A stretch of 32,000 bases of DNA from Pseudomonas aeruginosa (GCF_001457615.1 NZ_LN831024.1:3030001-3062000); one strand, 5' to 3'; counted from the stretch's first letter, positions 19,374 to 29,782 are shown. Program-made: numbers and translations. Notes: a model not told the origin generated them from the letters alone.

Positions 19374-20747
19374 TCAGCCGTTCAAGGCTTTGTCTTTGCG
19401 CACTTTCTTGTCGGTCCATGCATCCAGTAGCCTGGCGGCCGCAAAGGCCGTCTTTATGGCGCACCATTGAAGTGGCTCGGGTAGCATGGATGGCGTCTTG
19501 TGTTCCAGCGCCGCTAGCAGCGGAGGCTCTCCACCGCCGATTCGCTCGGCGAAAAGCGCGCCCATGAGCGATTGAGTGGCAAGGCCATGCCCTGAACATC
19601 CCGCCGTATAGAAGATGTTCTGCCTGGCCCCTGTCACCCCGACCACGGGGAGGAAGTCGTAGGCCCCGCTGATATACCCGCTCCAGCAATGCCGAATGGC
19701 AAGGCCCTGCAAGGAAGGAAAACGCTCGCGCAACACTCTCGACAACGCGGCGTAGGCGGCGTGGTCCGGAACATTGGGTGTCTTCGAGCCGTAGGCATAA
19801 CCCAATTGCTTCACGGTCAGCAGCAGGGTGTCATGGGCCGTCAGGCGATGACTTTCCATGGTGTAGTGCGGCGTAATGAGGCCTTCACGCTCTTGCCAAC
19901 CCAGGGACGCCAGTTGCTCCGCCGATAGCGGCTGGGTTTCGATTGCCGAAACCCGGATCGGTGCAACCTTGTTGCGGAGCACTCCCAGCTGAGGCGTGTA
20001 GGCGTTGGTCGCCAGAACCATTACAGGGGCGGTGGCGATACCCTGGGCCGTATTGCAGGTAATCACCTGCCCTTCACAGTAGGAAAGCACCGGCGTGCGT
20101 TCGTACAATTTCACGCCAGCCTTGATTGCCGCACGACGCAGGCCGTTGACGTACTTTCCCGGATTCAAGGTGCCGCCACGCTGCTCGCTGCCAAACAGGA
20201 ATGCGGGCGGTATGCCTCGCGCGCGCATCTCGGCGCTATCCACGAAGCGCGTGACAGAGCCCAGCGCGTGGCCAAGCTCCATGTTCGCTCGCAGTCGCTT
20301 TTCCTGGCTGGGATGGACGGCGGCCCGGATGATTCCCGAGGGCGTGTAATCGCAATCGATGTCCAGCGCAGCCAAACGCTCTTCCACATAGGTGACGGCC
20401 TCGTCATAGAAACCGACGAACTTACGTGCCTGCTCAAGCCCCACTCGCTTGACGAAAACCTCGCATTCTATGCCCATGCTGCCGAGCAGATAGCCGGCAT
20501 TGCGCCCGCTGGCCCCGAAGCCTGCGAACTGCTGTTCCAGAACGATGACGTTCGCTCCACGCGCCCTTAGTTCCAGCGCCGTTGACAGGCCGGCGAACCC
20601 GGCGCCGACCACGACTACGTCTGCGTGCTCGTGGCCTTTCAGCGCCGGCTGCAGGTCGTCTGGCTGCTCCACCCATCCGCCAAGGCTGCGGAATCTCATG
20701 GGTTCGGCATTGTTGCGTGCCGCTCCGTTGAAGGCATTCATTCTCAT
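19374..20747 (-). CDS. DAO-type FAD-dependent oxidoreductase
   Basis: DVVVVGAGFAGLSTALELRARGANVIVLEQQFAGFGASGRNAGYL; GTLNPGKYVNGLRRAAIKAGVKLYE; C-terminal GCSGHGLATQSLMG. Start trimmed to MRMNAFNG. Confidence 0.9.
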   Translation of the reverse strand: MRMNAFNGAARNNAEPMRFRSLGGWVEQPDDLQPALKGHEHADVVVVGAGFAGLSTALELRARGANVIVLEQQFAGFGASGRNAGYLLGSMGIECEVFVKRVGLEQARKFVGFYDEAVTYVEERLAALDIDCDYTPSGIIRAAVHPSQEKRLRANMELGHALGSVTRFVDSAEMRARGIPPAFLFGSEQRGGTLNPGKYVNGLRRAAIKAGVKLYERTPVLSYCEGQVITCNTAQGIATAPVMVLATNAYTPQLGVLRNKVAPIRVSAIETQPLSAEQLASLGWQEREGLITPHYTMESHRLTAHDTLLLTVKQLGYAYGSKTPNVPDHAAYAALSRVLRERFPSLQGLAIRHCWSGYISGAYDFLPVVGVTGARQNIFYTAGCSGHGLATQSLMGALFAERIGGGEPPLLAALEHKTPSMLPEPLQWCAIKTAFAAARLLDAWTDKKVRKDKALNG

Positions 20748-20802
20748 CACTCCCGGGTTGCCGGACGTTGTTCCTCTCATGGGCCGATCCATGGCAGTGC
20801 CG

Positions 20803-21690
20803 CTAGAACCCCTTCCCCGCCTCGGAAAAGGAGGGCATGCCCAACAGCTCTTGCGGGTCACGCATCTGACCATCGATCTCCACCCAACCCAGTAGCGTGG
20901 AACTGGCACTCCATCCCAGCAGACGCTGCATTTGCGAGGGGAGCTGCCGAACGCGCTCGACGGGTATGGAAAGGAAGTGGTTTTCTTCCAGGCGCAGGAA
21001 GGCCAGGTCATAGGCCATGGTCAGGCCTGTGCGAGGAGCGTCGGATCTGTTGGCGCCACCGCCGTGATATACCGATCCCAGCCAGAGAAGCGCAGTGCCT
21101 GCCTTCATTTCTGCGCCGATGGTTTCTTCCTGGGTGGGCATCCGTTCGTCATCCCATTGATGACTGCCAGGAATGACCCGCGTCGCGCCGTTCTCTTCGG
21201 TGAAGTCGGTAATCGCCAGCATGAGCTGCAAGCGAGCCTCGCGACCATACTGCGGATGCCGCCAGAGCGAAGTGGCATCGTCGCGATGCAGGGGTTGAAG
21301 ACCTTGTCCAGGCCCGATCTGTATCGCCTGGGTCATGCTCAGTTGGATATCGGGCGTGATCTCGACCCGATCGTTCCCTACCCAGACATGGGTGGGAGTC
21401 TGCAATACCTGCTTTGCCGTCTCGAGGAACAGGGGGGTCAGTGCCACTTCCACGGCGGAGTCGCTTTTCGCCAGGATCCGCGCGGTACGTCGAGTCTGGG
21501 TGCCGGCGAAGTAAGGGTCCATGCCGCAGGGGGTAACGCCCAGATAGCTGTCCAGGTCCTCGGTAAGAGACTTCAAGGTTTCTTCCGAGACGAAGTTGCA
21601 AATAGCGACAGCGCCATCACGCCTGATGATTTCCACTACCTGCTCGATCGGGGTGTCGCAGCTGACTGTCGTCAATCTTCGCGTACTCAT
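20803..21690 (-). CDS. Phytanoyl-CoA dioxygenase (PhyH) family protein
   Basis: LHRDDATSLW...LQLMLAITDFTEENGATRVIPGSHQWDDERMP...GSVYHGGGANRSDAPRTGLT. Confidence 0.9.
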   Translation of the reverse strand: MSTRRLTTVSCDTPIEQVVEIIRRDGAVAICNFVSEETLKSLTEDLDSYLGVTPCGMDPYFAGTQTRRTARILAKSDSAVEVALTPLFLETAKQVLQTPTHVWVGNDRVEITPDIQLSMTQAIQIGPGQGLQPLHRDDATSLWRHPQYGREARLQLMLAITDFTEENGATRVIPGSHQWDDERMPTQEETIGAEMKAGTALLWLGSVYHGGGANRSDAPRTGLTMAYDLAFLRLEENHFLSIPVERVRQLPSQMQRLLGWSASSTLLGWVEIDGQMRDPQELLGMPSFSEAGKGF

Positions 21691-21816
21691 CTGATGCCTA
21701 CCTGTGTGGTGTTGTCATTGTTCTGCAGGGCTTCCGCAATCAACCTCAGCCCATGAGCGTTCACTCTCATGCGGTCAGACCGCCCTCTCCTTGCGCCTGG
21801 CACGGAAAGGAGGTTT

Positions 21817-21855
21817 GATCATACGACATGATCATGTGATCAAGTCAAACGATTA
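21817..21855 (+). promoter_or_regulatory. Tandem 13-bp operator-like array B (3 units) between the PhyH operon and the tetR gene
   Basis: GATCATACGACAT | GATCATGTGATCA | AGTCAAACGATTA; includes the perfect 12-bp palindrome ACATGATCATGT at 21826-21837. Confidence 0.65.
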
Positions 21856-22138
21856 ATAATTCTGCGTGGCATCTCGGCGCTCAGGAAAGGCCTGCCGAAT
21901 CAAGATCCGGCTCTACGCGGGTTCGCGCTGGCGATAGCGGATTGCCCAGGCTCGATCCTGTTTCGCTTCGGCTACACATCGCCGGCGGTCGGAGCGAAAC
22001 ATCTGGAGAGACAAAGGGTCGCTGCCTCGGTCCTCAAGCGTGTCGACTCATGGATTGGGGGACGGCCATGCGTTAGCATTCGTCCCGGTCGACAGCGGAC
22101 CAGTCGCCTGGCGGCAACACCGAAGAAGGAGAAGCTGA

Positions 22139-22720
22139 ATGGCTCGAGTGGGCGCCGAAGTGCGCAGGCAAGACTTTATTGAGGCCGCCGTGAAGGTGAT
22201 CGCGGAATATGGTGTGGCGAATGCCACTACGCGTCGCATCGCGGCCGCGGCGAATTCTCCATTGGCCTCCCTGCACTATGTCTTCCACACCAAGGACGAA
22301 TTGTTCGACGCGGTCTATGAGTCCCTGATAGACAAGCCACAGCAGTCCTTGCTGCATGTTACGGCGGGAGCCACGGCGGCAGACTCGGTAGCAGAGATAT
22401 TGCGCCAGTTGGTCGGGTGGTTCACCACGCATCCGGAACTGGCGACTACGCAGTTCGAGCTGTTTTTCTGGAATCTGCGTAACAACCCCGCTATGGCGAG
22501 CAAGATCTACACCGATTCCGTCGAAGCGACGAAGCAGGCCATTGAACAGGTCGCTGGCTCGGTGCTGGACCAGGAAGCGCTGGCCACTGTCAGTCGCTTG
22601 CTCATCAACCTGTTCGATGGCTTGCTTCTCGCCTGGTCCGCCCATGGTGACCAGGAGCGGCTGAATGCCGAGACCGAAGCCGCCTGCCAGGCTGTGAAGC
22701 TGTTGGTGGCCAGCTTCTGA
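22139..22720 (+). CDS. TetR/AcrR family transcriptional regulator
   Basis: RRQDFIEAAVKVIAEYGVANATTRRIAAAANSPLASLHYVFHTKDELFDAVYESL: canonical TetR N-terminal HTH. Confidence 0.92.
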   Translation: MARVGAEVRRQDFIEAAVKVIAEYGVANATTRRIAAAANSPLASLHYVFHTKDELFDAVYESLIDKPQQSLLHVTAGATAADSVAEILRQLVGWFTTHPELATTQFELFFWNLRNNPAMASKIYTDSVEATKQAIEQVAGSVLDQEALATVSRLLINLFDGLLLAWSAHGDQERLNAETEAACQAVKLLVASF

Positions 22721-23047
22721 TCTTTTCGAAGGCGCATCTCTAGAGAGGGGCATGGTGACACGGTTCGCCGTGCCCCTGCTCTTCGGGCCTCTTGCCAGTT
22801 CAGGTGCGGCGCCTCTTCTAGTTCTCCTCTCCCCGCCTCCGCTTCCAGCGGAATCCTGGGCGGCTATCTCGCCGGTCCTTCCCCCTCATAGTCCTGCAAG
22901 TTGACTGTGCGCTTCTCGTCCATGCAACAGGCCTTCCGCCATGGCCTGGCGGGAACTGGCTGCGGCACCTAGGTGCAAATAAACCCAAACCGATGGAAAC
23001 CTGGTGCATTTCGCACCTTGTACCAGCAACTCGCTCGCGCCTATTCT

Positions 23048-23073
23048 GGTCAAACGATCAAGTCAAAAGATCA
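23048..23073 (+). promoter_or_regulatory. Tandem 13-bp operator-like array C (2 units) upstream of the BVMO gene
   Basis: GGTCAAACGATCA | AGTCAAAAGATCA; 31-56 bp upstream of the ATG at 23104. Confidence 0.65.
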
Positions 23074-23103
23074 AGTCTCTATAACACAACAATAGGAGGC
23101 GAC

Positions 23104-24630
23104 ATGTCCTCTCACACTGCTCTTCCAATTGAGCCGCTCGATGTTCTGATCATAGGAGCCGGTGTGTCTGGCATCGGCGCTGCGGCTTACCTTCGACGTC
23201 ACCAGCCGCACAAGGTGTTTGCGATTCTCGAGTCCCGGGAGCGAATGGGCGGCACCTGGGACCTGTTCCGCTATCCCGGCATACGCTCCGACTCGGACCT
23301 GTACACCTTCGGCTTCGACTTCAAGCCTTGGACCAAGGCGAAATCTCTGGCGGATGCCGCCGACATTCTCGAATACCTGCGAGAAGCCGTCGCTGAATAC
23401 CAGTTGGACCCCTTCATCCAGTACCGGCAGAAAGTGGTCTCGGCGAATTGGCAGAGCGACAAAGGGCTGTGGGCAGTATGCGTCGAGGACGGCCACACGG
23501 CAGAAACCCGCACCATCGAATGCCGCTGGCTGTTCAGCGCAGGCGGCTACTACCGTTATGACCAAGGCTTCAGCCCACGCTTCGAGGGCGCGGAGCAGTT
23601 CAAGGGGCAAATCATCCACCCGCAACACTGGCCCGAGCGCTTGGACTATCGAGGCAAGCATGTGGTGGTCATCGGCAGCGGCGCAACGGCGGTGACCCTG
23701 ATTCCCGCCATGGCCGACGAGGTCGCCAGCATCACCATGTTGCAGCGGACGCCCTCCTATATCGTCAACCAGCCCGCCAACGATTCCGTTGCCGCTTTTC
23801 TTCGCAAGATTCTGCCGGCGCAAACCGCCTACTCACTGACGCGCTACAAGAATGCCAAGATCACCCTGGTCTTCTGGCGATTCTGCCAGCGCTTCCCCGG
23901 GCTCGCCCGCAAGCTGCTCATATGGCTGACCCGTAGAGAATTACCGAAAGGCTATCCGGTCGACGTTCATTTCAACCCGCCCTACAAGCCCTGGGACCAA
24001 CGCTTGTGCTCGGTTCCCGAAGGCGATCTTTTCAAGGCCATCAGTGCAGGTAAAGCCTCGGTCGTTACCGACCATATCGAGCGCTTTACCGAGTCCGGTG
24101 TCTTGCTCAAGTCCGGCACGGAACTGAAGGCCGATATCATCATCACGGCCACCGGTCTGAACGTGCAGTTGTTCGGCGGTATCGCCCTGCACAAGGATGG
24201 CGAGCCGGTAGTGTTGAGCCAGACGCTGGCGTACAAGGGCACGATGCTTTCCGGCGTACCCAATTTTGCCTTTGCGGTGGGCTATACCAACTCATCCTGG
24301 ACGCTGAAAGTATGCCTGCTGTGCGACCACTTCTGTCGCTTGCTGGGCTTCATGGACAGCCAGGGCCATAACGTCTGCGAGCCGAAGGCGCCGGATGGTG
24401 TCGAAACCCGTCCCCTGCTGGATTTCGGGGCCGGATATGTCCAGCGGGCATTGGATGGCATGCCGCGCCAGGGGCCTCGCGAGCCCTGGGTGATGTCGAT
24501 GGATTACTTCCGTGACATCAAGCTTTTGCGCCGAGGGAAGGTCGCCGACGAATGCCTCCGGTTCAGCACGGTGCCTGACGCCTACCTGCACAGAAGCGTG
24601 GCGCTTCAGACTCAGGGCGGCGGGCGATGA
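23104..24630 (+). CDS. Flavin-containing Baeyer-Villiger-type monooxygenase (EthA/AlmA-like)
   Basis: [46 protein letters not shown] fingerprint [12 protein letters not shown] (FxGxxxHxxxWP), [21 protein letters not shown] ribosome site before ATG 23104. Confidence 0.93.
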   Translation: MSSHTALPIEPLDVLIIGAGVSGIGAAAYLRRHQPHKVFAILESRERMGGTWDLFRYPGIRSDSDLYTFGFDFKPWTKAKSLADAADILEYLREAVAEYQLDPFIQYRQKVVSANWQSDKGLWAVCVEDGHTAETRTIECRWLFSAGGYYRYDQGFSPRFEGAEQFKGQIIHPQHWPERLDYRGKHVVVIGSGATAVTLIPAMADEVASITMLQRTPSYIVNQPANDSVAAFLRKILPAQTAYSLTRYKNAKITLVFWRFCQRFPGLARKLLIWLTRRELPKGYPVDVHFNPPYKPWDQRLCSVPEGDLFKAISAGKASVVTDHIERFTESGVLLKSGTELKADIIITATGLNVQLFGGIALHKDGEPVVLSQTLAYKGTMLSGVPNFAFAVGYTNSSWTLKVCLLCDHFCRLLGFMDSQGHNVCEPKAPDGVETRPLLDFGAGYVQRALDGMPRQGPREPWVMSMDYFRDIKLLRRGKVADECLRFSTVPDAYLHRSVALQTQGGGR

Positions 24631-25502
24631 CTGCGGATCGGTTCTGCGAGCTACCGGGCAAGCGTAGCCTCTGCTATCGCAGCCACGGTCCGGAAACCGC
24701 GCCTGCGGTCATCCTCATCGTCGGCCTGGGGCTGCAATTGATCTACTGGCCTGAAGCGCTCATCGCCGGCCTGGTCGAGCGGGGCCTGCGCGTGATCACG
24801 CTGGACAACCGTGACTCGGGCAGGTCTTTCTTCACCGAGGTTACCCCGCCCTCGACCCTGCAACAGTTCTTCCGCAAACCGACTGCGGGGTATGACCTGG
24901 GCGACATGGCCGACGATGTGATCGGCCTCATGGATGGCCTGCGCCTGGGGGCGGCGCACGTCGTAGGGATGTCGATGGGCGGCATGATCGCCCAGACACT
25001 TGCCGCTCGTTATCCGCAGCGAGTCATGAGCCTGGCGTCCATCTTCTCGACGACAGGATCGCTGCGAGTAGGCCAGCCAGCGTTCAAGACCATCTTGCAG
25101 CTTCTCCGGCGTCCTCCCCGGAACCAGCGGGAGAGCGTTCGCGACTATGTGGAGATCATGCGTTCCGTCGGTACGACGCTGGAATGGGACGAGCAGGCCC
25201 ATCGCGACTACGCCATGCAAGCCTGGGAGCGAGGCGGCGGGGAAGCGAGCAACCTCGGGATGGCGAGGCAGATCGGCGCCATCATCAACTCGGGCGACCG
25301 AACGCAGGAACTCCAGCGAATTCGCTGCAACACACTGGTCATCCATGCTGAGAAAGACCTCATGGTCGCCACCAGCGGAGGCTTCGCCACGGCGGCGGCC
25401 ATTCCCAGGGCACGCTTGGTGCTGTTGCCGGGAATGGGGCATGACTTCCCCGCCTGCCTGACAGGAACGCTGCTTTCCCTGCTCGCAGGCCAAATGCATT
25501 AG
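24627..25502 (+). CDS. Alpha/beta hydrolase
   Basis: [26 protein letters not shown] nucleophile elbow, [11 protein letters not shown] overlap with the BVMO stop. Confidence 0.92.
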   Translation: MTADRFCELPGKRSLCYRSHGPETAPAVILIVGLGLQLIYWPEALIAGLVERGLRVITLDNRDSGRSFFTEVTPPSTLQQFFRKPTAGYDLGDMADDVIGLMDGLRLGAAHVVGMSMGGMIAQTLAARYPQRVMSLASIFSTTGSLRVGQPAFKTILQLLRRPPRNQRESVRDYVEIMRSVGTTLEWDEQAHRDYAMQAWERGGGEASNLGMARQIGAIINSGDRTQELQRIRCNTLVIHAEKDLMVATSGGFATAAAIPRARLVLLPGMGHDFPACLTGTLLSLLAGQMH

Positions 25503-25518
25503 TACGGAACATCCCTTC

Positions 25519-25547
25519 AGGGGCGGGTGGGTGCCGCCCCTCTTTTT
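25519..25547 (+). terminator. Rho-independent terminator after the BVMO/hydrolase pair
   Basis: AGGGGCGG-GTGGGTG-CCGCCCCT followed by CTTTTT. Confidence 0.88.
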
Positions 25548-25732
25548 ACACCTCGGGACTTGCATGGGGCTTTTCGAAGTTCGTGCTTATCCAGGCCCAC
25601 ATAAGACAAAAAGGTTCCCGGTTGATTCTCGACCGCAGAGCCATGCATCACACGCCGGAGCCGTTGGTTCGCCCTGCGCGTGAATTCCTCCACTGCCGTT
25701 CAACAACGACAAAAATCGAGCAAGAGGTACGT

Positions 25733-26890
25733 ATGGAATTCAAGTTCTTACTCCCCGCCAAAGTCGTGATGGGACCCGACCTGCGCGAGCGCACCGGCGA
25801 ATACCTGCGGGAACTCGGCATGGCGCATGTGCTGATCGTGACGGACGCCGGGGTAAAGGCCGCAGGCCTGTTGAATGGCGTGTATGCCAGCCTGAATGAG
25901 TGGGAGATCGCGTTCGACGAGATATCGGAGGTCAAGGCAAACCCTCGCAGCGAAGACATCAACCAGGCGGCGCAGCTGTATCGCGGCAAAGGTATCCACG
26001 GCCTGCTGGCCATCGGCGGCGGCAGCGCGATGGACGCGGCCAAGGCGATCAGCCTGCTGCTGACCCACGAGGGTCGGATCGAAGACTACGAGGGCTCTTT
26101 CACCCTCAGGCACGCCATCCCGCCTATCGTCGCCATCCCGACCACCGCCGGAACCGGCAGCGAAGTGACCTGCTTCTCGGTGATCACCGATACCGCCCGG
26201 CATTTCAAGATGAGCGTCCAGGATTACCGGGTGGGCCCCGTTCTGGCATTGCTCGACTCCCGCATTCTCGACACGCTGCCTGCATCGATTGCCGCCGCAA
26301 CCGGCATGGATGCCCTCACCCACGCCATCGAAGCCTACACCTGCCGTGTGTCGAATCCGATCAGCGACGGGCTGGCGCTGCATGCCATCCGCCTGATCAG
26401 CCAATACCTCAGGCCCGCCGTACTGGAGCCGGGCAACCTGCATGCACGCGAGCAAATGCTGGTGGCCAGCCTGATCGCCGGCATGGCCTTCGGTAACGCG
26501 GACGTCGGCAGCGTGCACTGCATTTCCGAAGCCATCGGTGGCATGTACGACACGCCACACGGCGTGGGCAACGCGATCTTCCTGCCCTTCGTGTTCGGCC
26601 ATAACCGCGACGCCGACATCACCCGCCACGCGCAGGTCGCCTACGCATTGGGTATCGACCCCAACCTCTCGCCGGCCGAGGCCGCCGAGGCCGCCGTTGG
26701 CTACCTGTTCCAGATGAGCAAGGACCTGGGCATCCCCCGCTTCGCCGAGGTGAAAGGCGTGCGCGAGGAAGACTTCCTGAGCATCGCCGAAAAGTCGAAG
26801 AAGAATTTCTCCGACGGCAGCAATGCCAAGCAAATGACGGTGGAAACCTACCGTGAAATCGTCGCCGCCGCTTACCACTACGTAGCGTGA
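25733..26890 (+). CDS. Iron-containing alcohol dehydrogenase
   Basis: LLPAKVVMGPDLRERTG, AIGGGSAMDAAKAISLL, PTTAGTGSEVTCFSVITD, AMDALTHAIEAYTC-type motif (GMDALTHAIEAYTCRVSNPISD). Start trimmed to MEFKFLL. Confidence 0.93.
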   Translation: MEFKFLLPAKVVMGPDLRERTGEYLRELGMAHVLIVTDAGVKAAGLLNGVYASLNEWEIAFDEISEVKANPRSEDINQAAQLYRGKGIHGLLAIGGGSAMDAAKAISLLLTHEGRIEDYEGSFTLRHAIPPIVAIPTTAGTGSEVTCFSVITDTARHFKMSVQDYRVGPVLALLDSRILDTLPASIAAATGMDALTHAIEAYTCRVSNPISDGLALHAIRLISQYLRPAVLEPGNLHAREQMLVASLIAGMAFGNADVGSVHCISEAIGGMYDTPHGVGNAIFLPFVFGHNRDADITRHAQVAYALGIDPNLSPAEAAEAAVGYLFQMSKDLGIPRFAEVKGVREEDFLSIAEKSKKNFSDGSNAKQMTVETYREIVAAAYHYVA

Positions 26891-26902
26891 AGGAGGCCCG
26901 TC

Positions 26903-28234
26903 ATGAGCGAATCAATCGCCGGCGCTTCATTGAAGCGCACGCTGGGTCCGTTTTCCGTTCTGCTGTTCGGTCTGGCGTTCCTCGCTCCGTTGATCGTGTT
27001 CGGCACCTATGGCGTGATCACGCAGGCCAGCGGCAACACCACTGCGATGGCCTACCTGATCGCGGCAATCGGCGTGGTGTTCACGGCCTTGAGCTATGGC
27101 CGGCTGGTCAGGGTGTTCCCGGTCGCCGGTTCGGCCTACACCTATACCCGCAAGATGCTGAGCGCGAACCTCGGCTTCATGGTGGGCTGGGCCGCCCTGC
27201 TCGATTACTTCTTCATCCCGATGCTGATCTGGCTGCTCGGCGCCAGCTACCTCAACATGGCCTTTCCAGAGGTGCCGCAATGGGTGTGGATCATCGGCTT
27301 CATCGTCTCCACCTCGCTGCTTAATATCCTGGGCATCCAGGTCGCCAACCGCTTCAACGTGCTGTTGATGGTCGCGCAACTGGCCATCATCGTCGTGTTC
27401 ATCGGCCTGTGCGTGCACTACATCGTCGCGGCCAACGGCCCTGGCGGGCTGCTGTCGGCCAAGCCGTTCTTCAACCCGGACGTGTCTTTCGCCACCAGCA
27501 TGGCCGGCGCCGCCATTGCCGCGTACTCGTTCCTGGGCTTCGACGCGCTGTCCACGCTCAGCGAGGAGACCCGCGACCCGGGCCGGACACTGCCGCGCGC
27601 GATCCTGCTGGTCGCATTGATCGGCGGTTCGGTCTACGTCGGCTCGTCGTACTTCATGTACCTGGCGCACCCCTCCCCCGCCTTCGAGCATGTGGACGGC
27701 GCCGCCTTCGAGATCGCCCGCATGATCGGCGGCGACCTGTTCTTCGCCGTGGTCCTGGCGGGGATCATCATCGCCCACTTCGCCGCAGGCATGTCGTTCC
27801 AGGCCAGCGTGGGCCGGCTGCTGTACGCCCTGGGGCGGGACAACCAACTGCCGCGCAAGCTGTTCGGTGTCCTGCATCCTCGCTACAAGACCCCGGCCTT
27901 CAACATTCTGCTCTGCGGCATTTTCGGCTGCGCGGGTTTTGCCCTGACGATCGCCACCGCGACGTCCCTGGTCAATTTCGGCGCGTTTCTCGCCTTCAGT
28001 GCAGTCAACCTTTGCGCGTTGCGGCTCTCCTTCGATACCCGCCTCGGAGACGGGGCGGGCTTGCTGCGCGGGGTGCTCTGCCCGCTCGTTGGCCTGGTCA
28101 CGGCCGGGTGGATGCTGGTCAGCCTGGATAAAGACGCGCTGATCATGGGCTGTAGCTGGCTGGGCCTGGGGGCGGTCTATCTCGCTTGCCGGACCAGCTT
28201 CTTCCGCAACCCGGTGCCCGACGCGCTGGCGTAG
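26903..28234 (+). CDS. APC superfamily permease (PuuP-like)
   Basis: 12-TM-like protein; FGTYGVITQASGNTTAMAYLIA, VAGSAYTYTRKML, SFLGFDALSTLSEETRDPGRTLPRAI. Confidence 0.9.
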   Translation: MSESIAGASLKRTLGPFSVLLFGLAFLAPLIVFGTYGVITQASGNTTAMAYLIAAIGVVFTALSYGRLVRVFPVAGSAYTYTRKMLSANLGFMVGWAALLDYFFIPMLIWLLGASYLNMAFPEVPQWVWIIGFIVSTSLLNILGIQVANRFNVLLMVAQLAIIVVFIGLCVHYIVAANGPGGLLSAKPFFNPDVSFATSMAGAAIAAYSFLGFDALSTLSEETRDPGRTLPRAILLVALIGGSVYVGSSYFMYLAHPSPAFEHVDGAAFEIARMIGGDLFFAVVLAGIIIAHFAAGMSFQASVGRLLYALGRDNQLPRKLFGVLHPRYKTPAFNILLCGIFGCAGFALTIATATSLVNFGAFLAFSAVNLCALRLSFDTRLGDGAGLLRGVLCPLVGLVTAGWMLVSLDKDALIMGCSWLGLGAVYLACRTSFFRNPVPDALA

Positions 28235-28312
28235 CGACCACCCTTCTATCGAACGCTCTGACAACAACCACAAGGCCGGCTTCGAGCCTGCCCTTCAATG
28301 GCGAGAATCGAT

Positions 28313-29737
28313 ATGCAAACCAAACTTCTGATCAATGGTGCCCTGGTGGCCGGCGAAGGCGAGAGCCACGCGGTGTACAACCCGTCCCAGGGCAACGTCC
28401 TGGTGCGAATTACCGAGGCCAGCGGTGCCCAGGTCCATGCCGCGGTGCAGAGCGCGGATGCGGCCTTCGACGCCTGGTCGCAAACGCCGCCCAAGGATCG
28501 CGCGGCCCTGCTGCTCAAGCTCGCCGAGCGCATCGATGCCCAGGCGCACGTGTTCGCTCGCCTGGAGGCGGACAACTGCGGCAAGCCTTTCAACGCCGTG
28601 CTGCTGGACGAACTGCCCGCCGTGTCGGACGTGTTCCGTTTCTTCGCCGGCGCCGTGCGCTGCCTTCAGGGCTCGGCGGCGGGAGAGTACGTCGCGGGGC
28701 ATACCTCGATGATCCGCCGCGACGCGGTGGGCGTGGTCGCCTCCATCGCGCCGTGGAACTATCCGTTGTTGATGGCAGCGTGGAAACTCGGCCCGGCATT
28801 GGCCGGCGGCAACACCGTGGTGCTGAAACCGTCGGAGCACACGCCGCTGAGTACCTTGAAACTGGGCGAGCTGCTTGCCGAGATCTTCCCCGCCGGCGTG
28901 GTCAACATCGTCCACGGTCGAGGTGCCTCGGTGGGTGAGCCGCTGACCAGCCATGCCCAGGTGCGCATGGTGTCGCTGACCGGCTCCGTGCGCACCGGCA
29001 GCCGGATCATCGAAGGTACGGCCGAGAGCGTGAAACGCATGCACATGGAGTTGGGGGGCAAGGCTCCTGTACTGATCTTCGACGATGCCGACATCGACGC
29101 CGCCGTCGAAGGCATCCGCACCTTCGGCTTCTACAACGCCGGCCAGGACTGTACCGCCGCGTGCCGCCTCTATGTGCAGAAAGGGGTCTACCAGGAGTTC
29201 GTTCGCAAGCTCGGCGAGGCCGTATCCAGCATCCGGTGCGGGCTGCCGGACGATCCGGCGACCGAGATGGGACCGCTGATCACCAAGGAGCATCTGGAGC
29301 GTGTCGAGGGGTTCGTGAACCGTGCCAGGGAGTTGCCGCACATCGAAGTGGTCACCGGCGGCAAGCGCGCCGAGGGTGCCGGCTTCTTCTTCGAGCCGAC
29401 GGTCCTGGCCGGCGCTACGCAGGAGGATGAGGTGGTGCGCCGCGAGATCTTCGGCCCGGTGGTGACCGTCTCGTCGTTCGAGGATGAAGCCCAGGCGCTG
29501 GCTTGGGCGAACGACTCCGACTACGGCCTGGCGTCTTCGGTATGGACCGCCGATGTGGGGCGCGCTCATCGCCTGGCCGCCCGCCTGCAATACGGCTGCA
29601 CCTGGGTCAACACCCACTTCATGCTGGTCAGCGAAATGCCCCACGGCGGGGTCAAGCTGTCCGGCTACGGCAAGGACCTGTCGATGTACGGCCTGGAAGA
29701 CTACACCGTGGTGCGCCACGTGATGTTCAAGCACTGA
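28313..29737 (+). CDS. patD: Aminobutyraldehyde dehydrogenase-type ALDH
   Basis: [107 protein letters not shown]. Closely resembles E. coli PatD/YdcW from memory. An alternative in-frame ATG exists at 28298. Confidence 0.88.
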   Translation: MQTKLLINGALVAGEGESHAVYNPSQGNVLVRITEASGAQVHAAVQSADAAFDAWSQTPPKDRAALLLKLAERIDAQAHVFARLEADNCGKPFNAVLLDELPAVSDVFRFFAGAVRCLQGSAAGEYVAGHTSMIRRDAVGVVASIAPWNYPLLMAAWKLGPALAGGNTVVLKPSEHTPLSTLKLGELLAEIFPAGVVNIVHGRGASVGEPLTSHAQVRMVSLTGSVRTGSRIIEGTAESVKRMHMELGGKAPVLIFDDADIDAAVEGIRTFGFYNAGQDCTAACRLYVQKGVYQEFVRKLGEAVSSIRCGLPDDPATEMGPLITKEHLERVEGFVNRARELPHIEVVTGGKRAEGAGFFFEPTVLAGATQEDEVVRREIFGPVVTVSSFEDEAQALAWANDSDYGLASSVWTADVGRAHRLAARLQYGCTWVNTHFMLVSEMPHGGVKLSGYGKDLSMYGLEDYTVVRHVMFKH

Positions 29738-29782
29738 CCGCCCACACCCCGGACTACCCAGATCATTTTTCAAGAGGTTTGC

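Noticed and set aside
22818-23009. 63-aa minus-strand ORF between tetR and the BVMO gene
   Set aside because: No recognisable features and weak start context.
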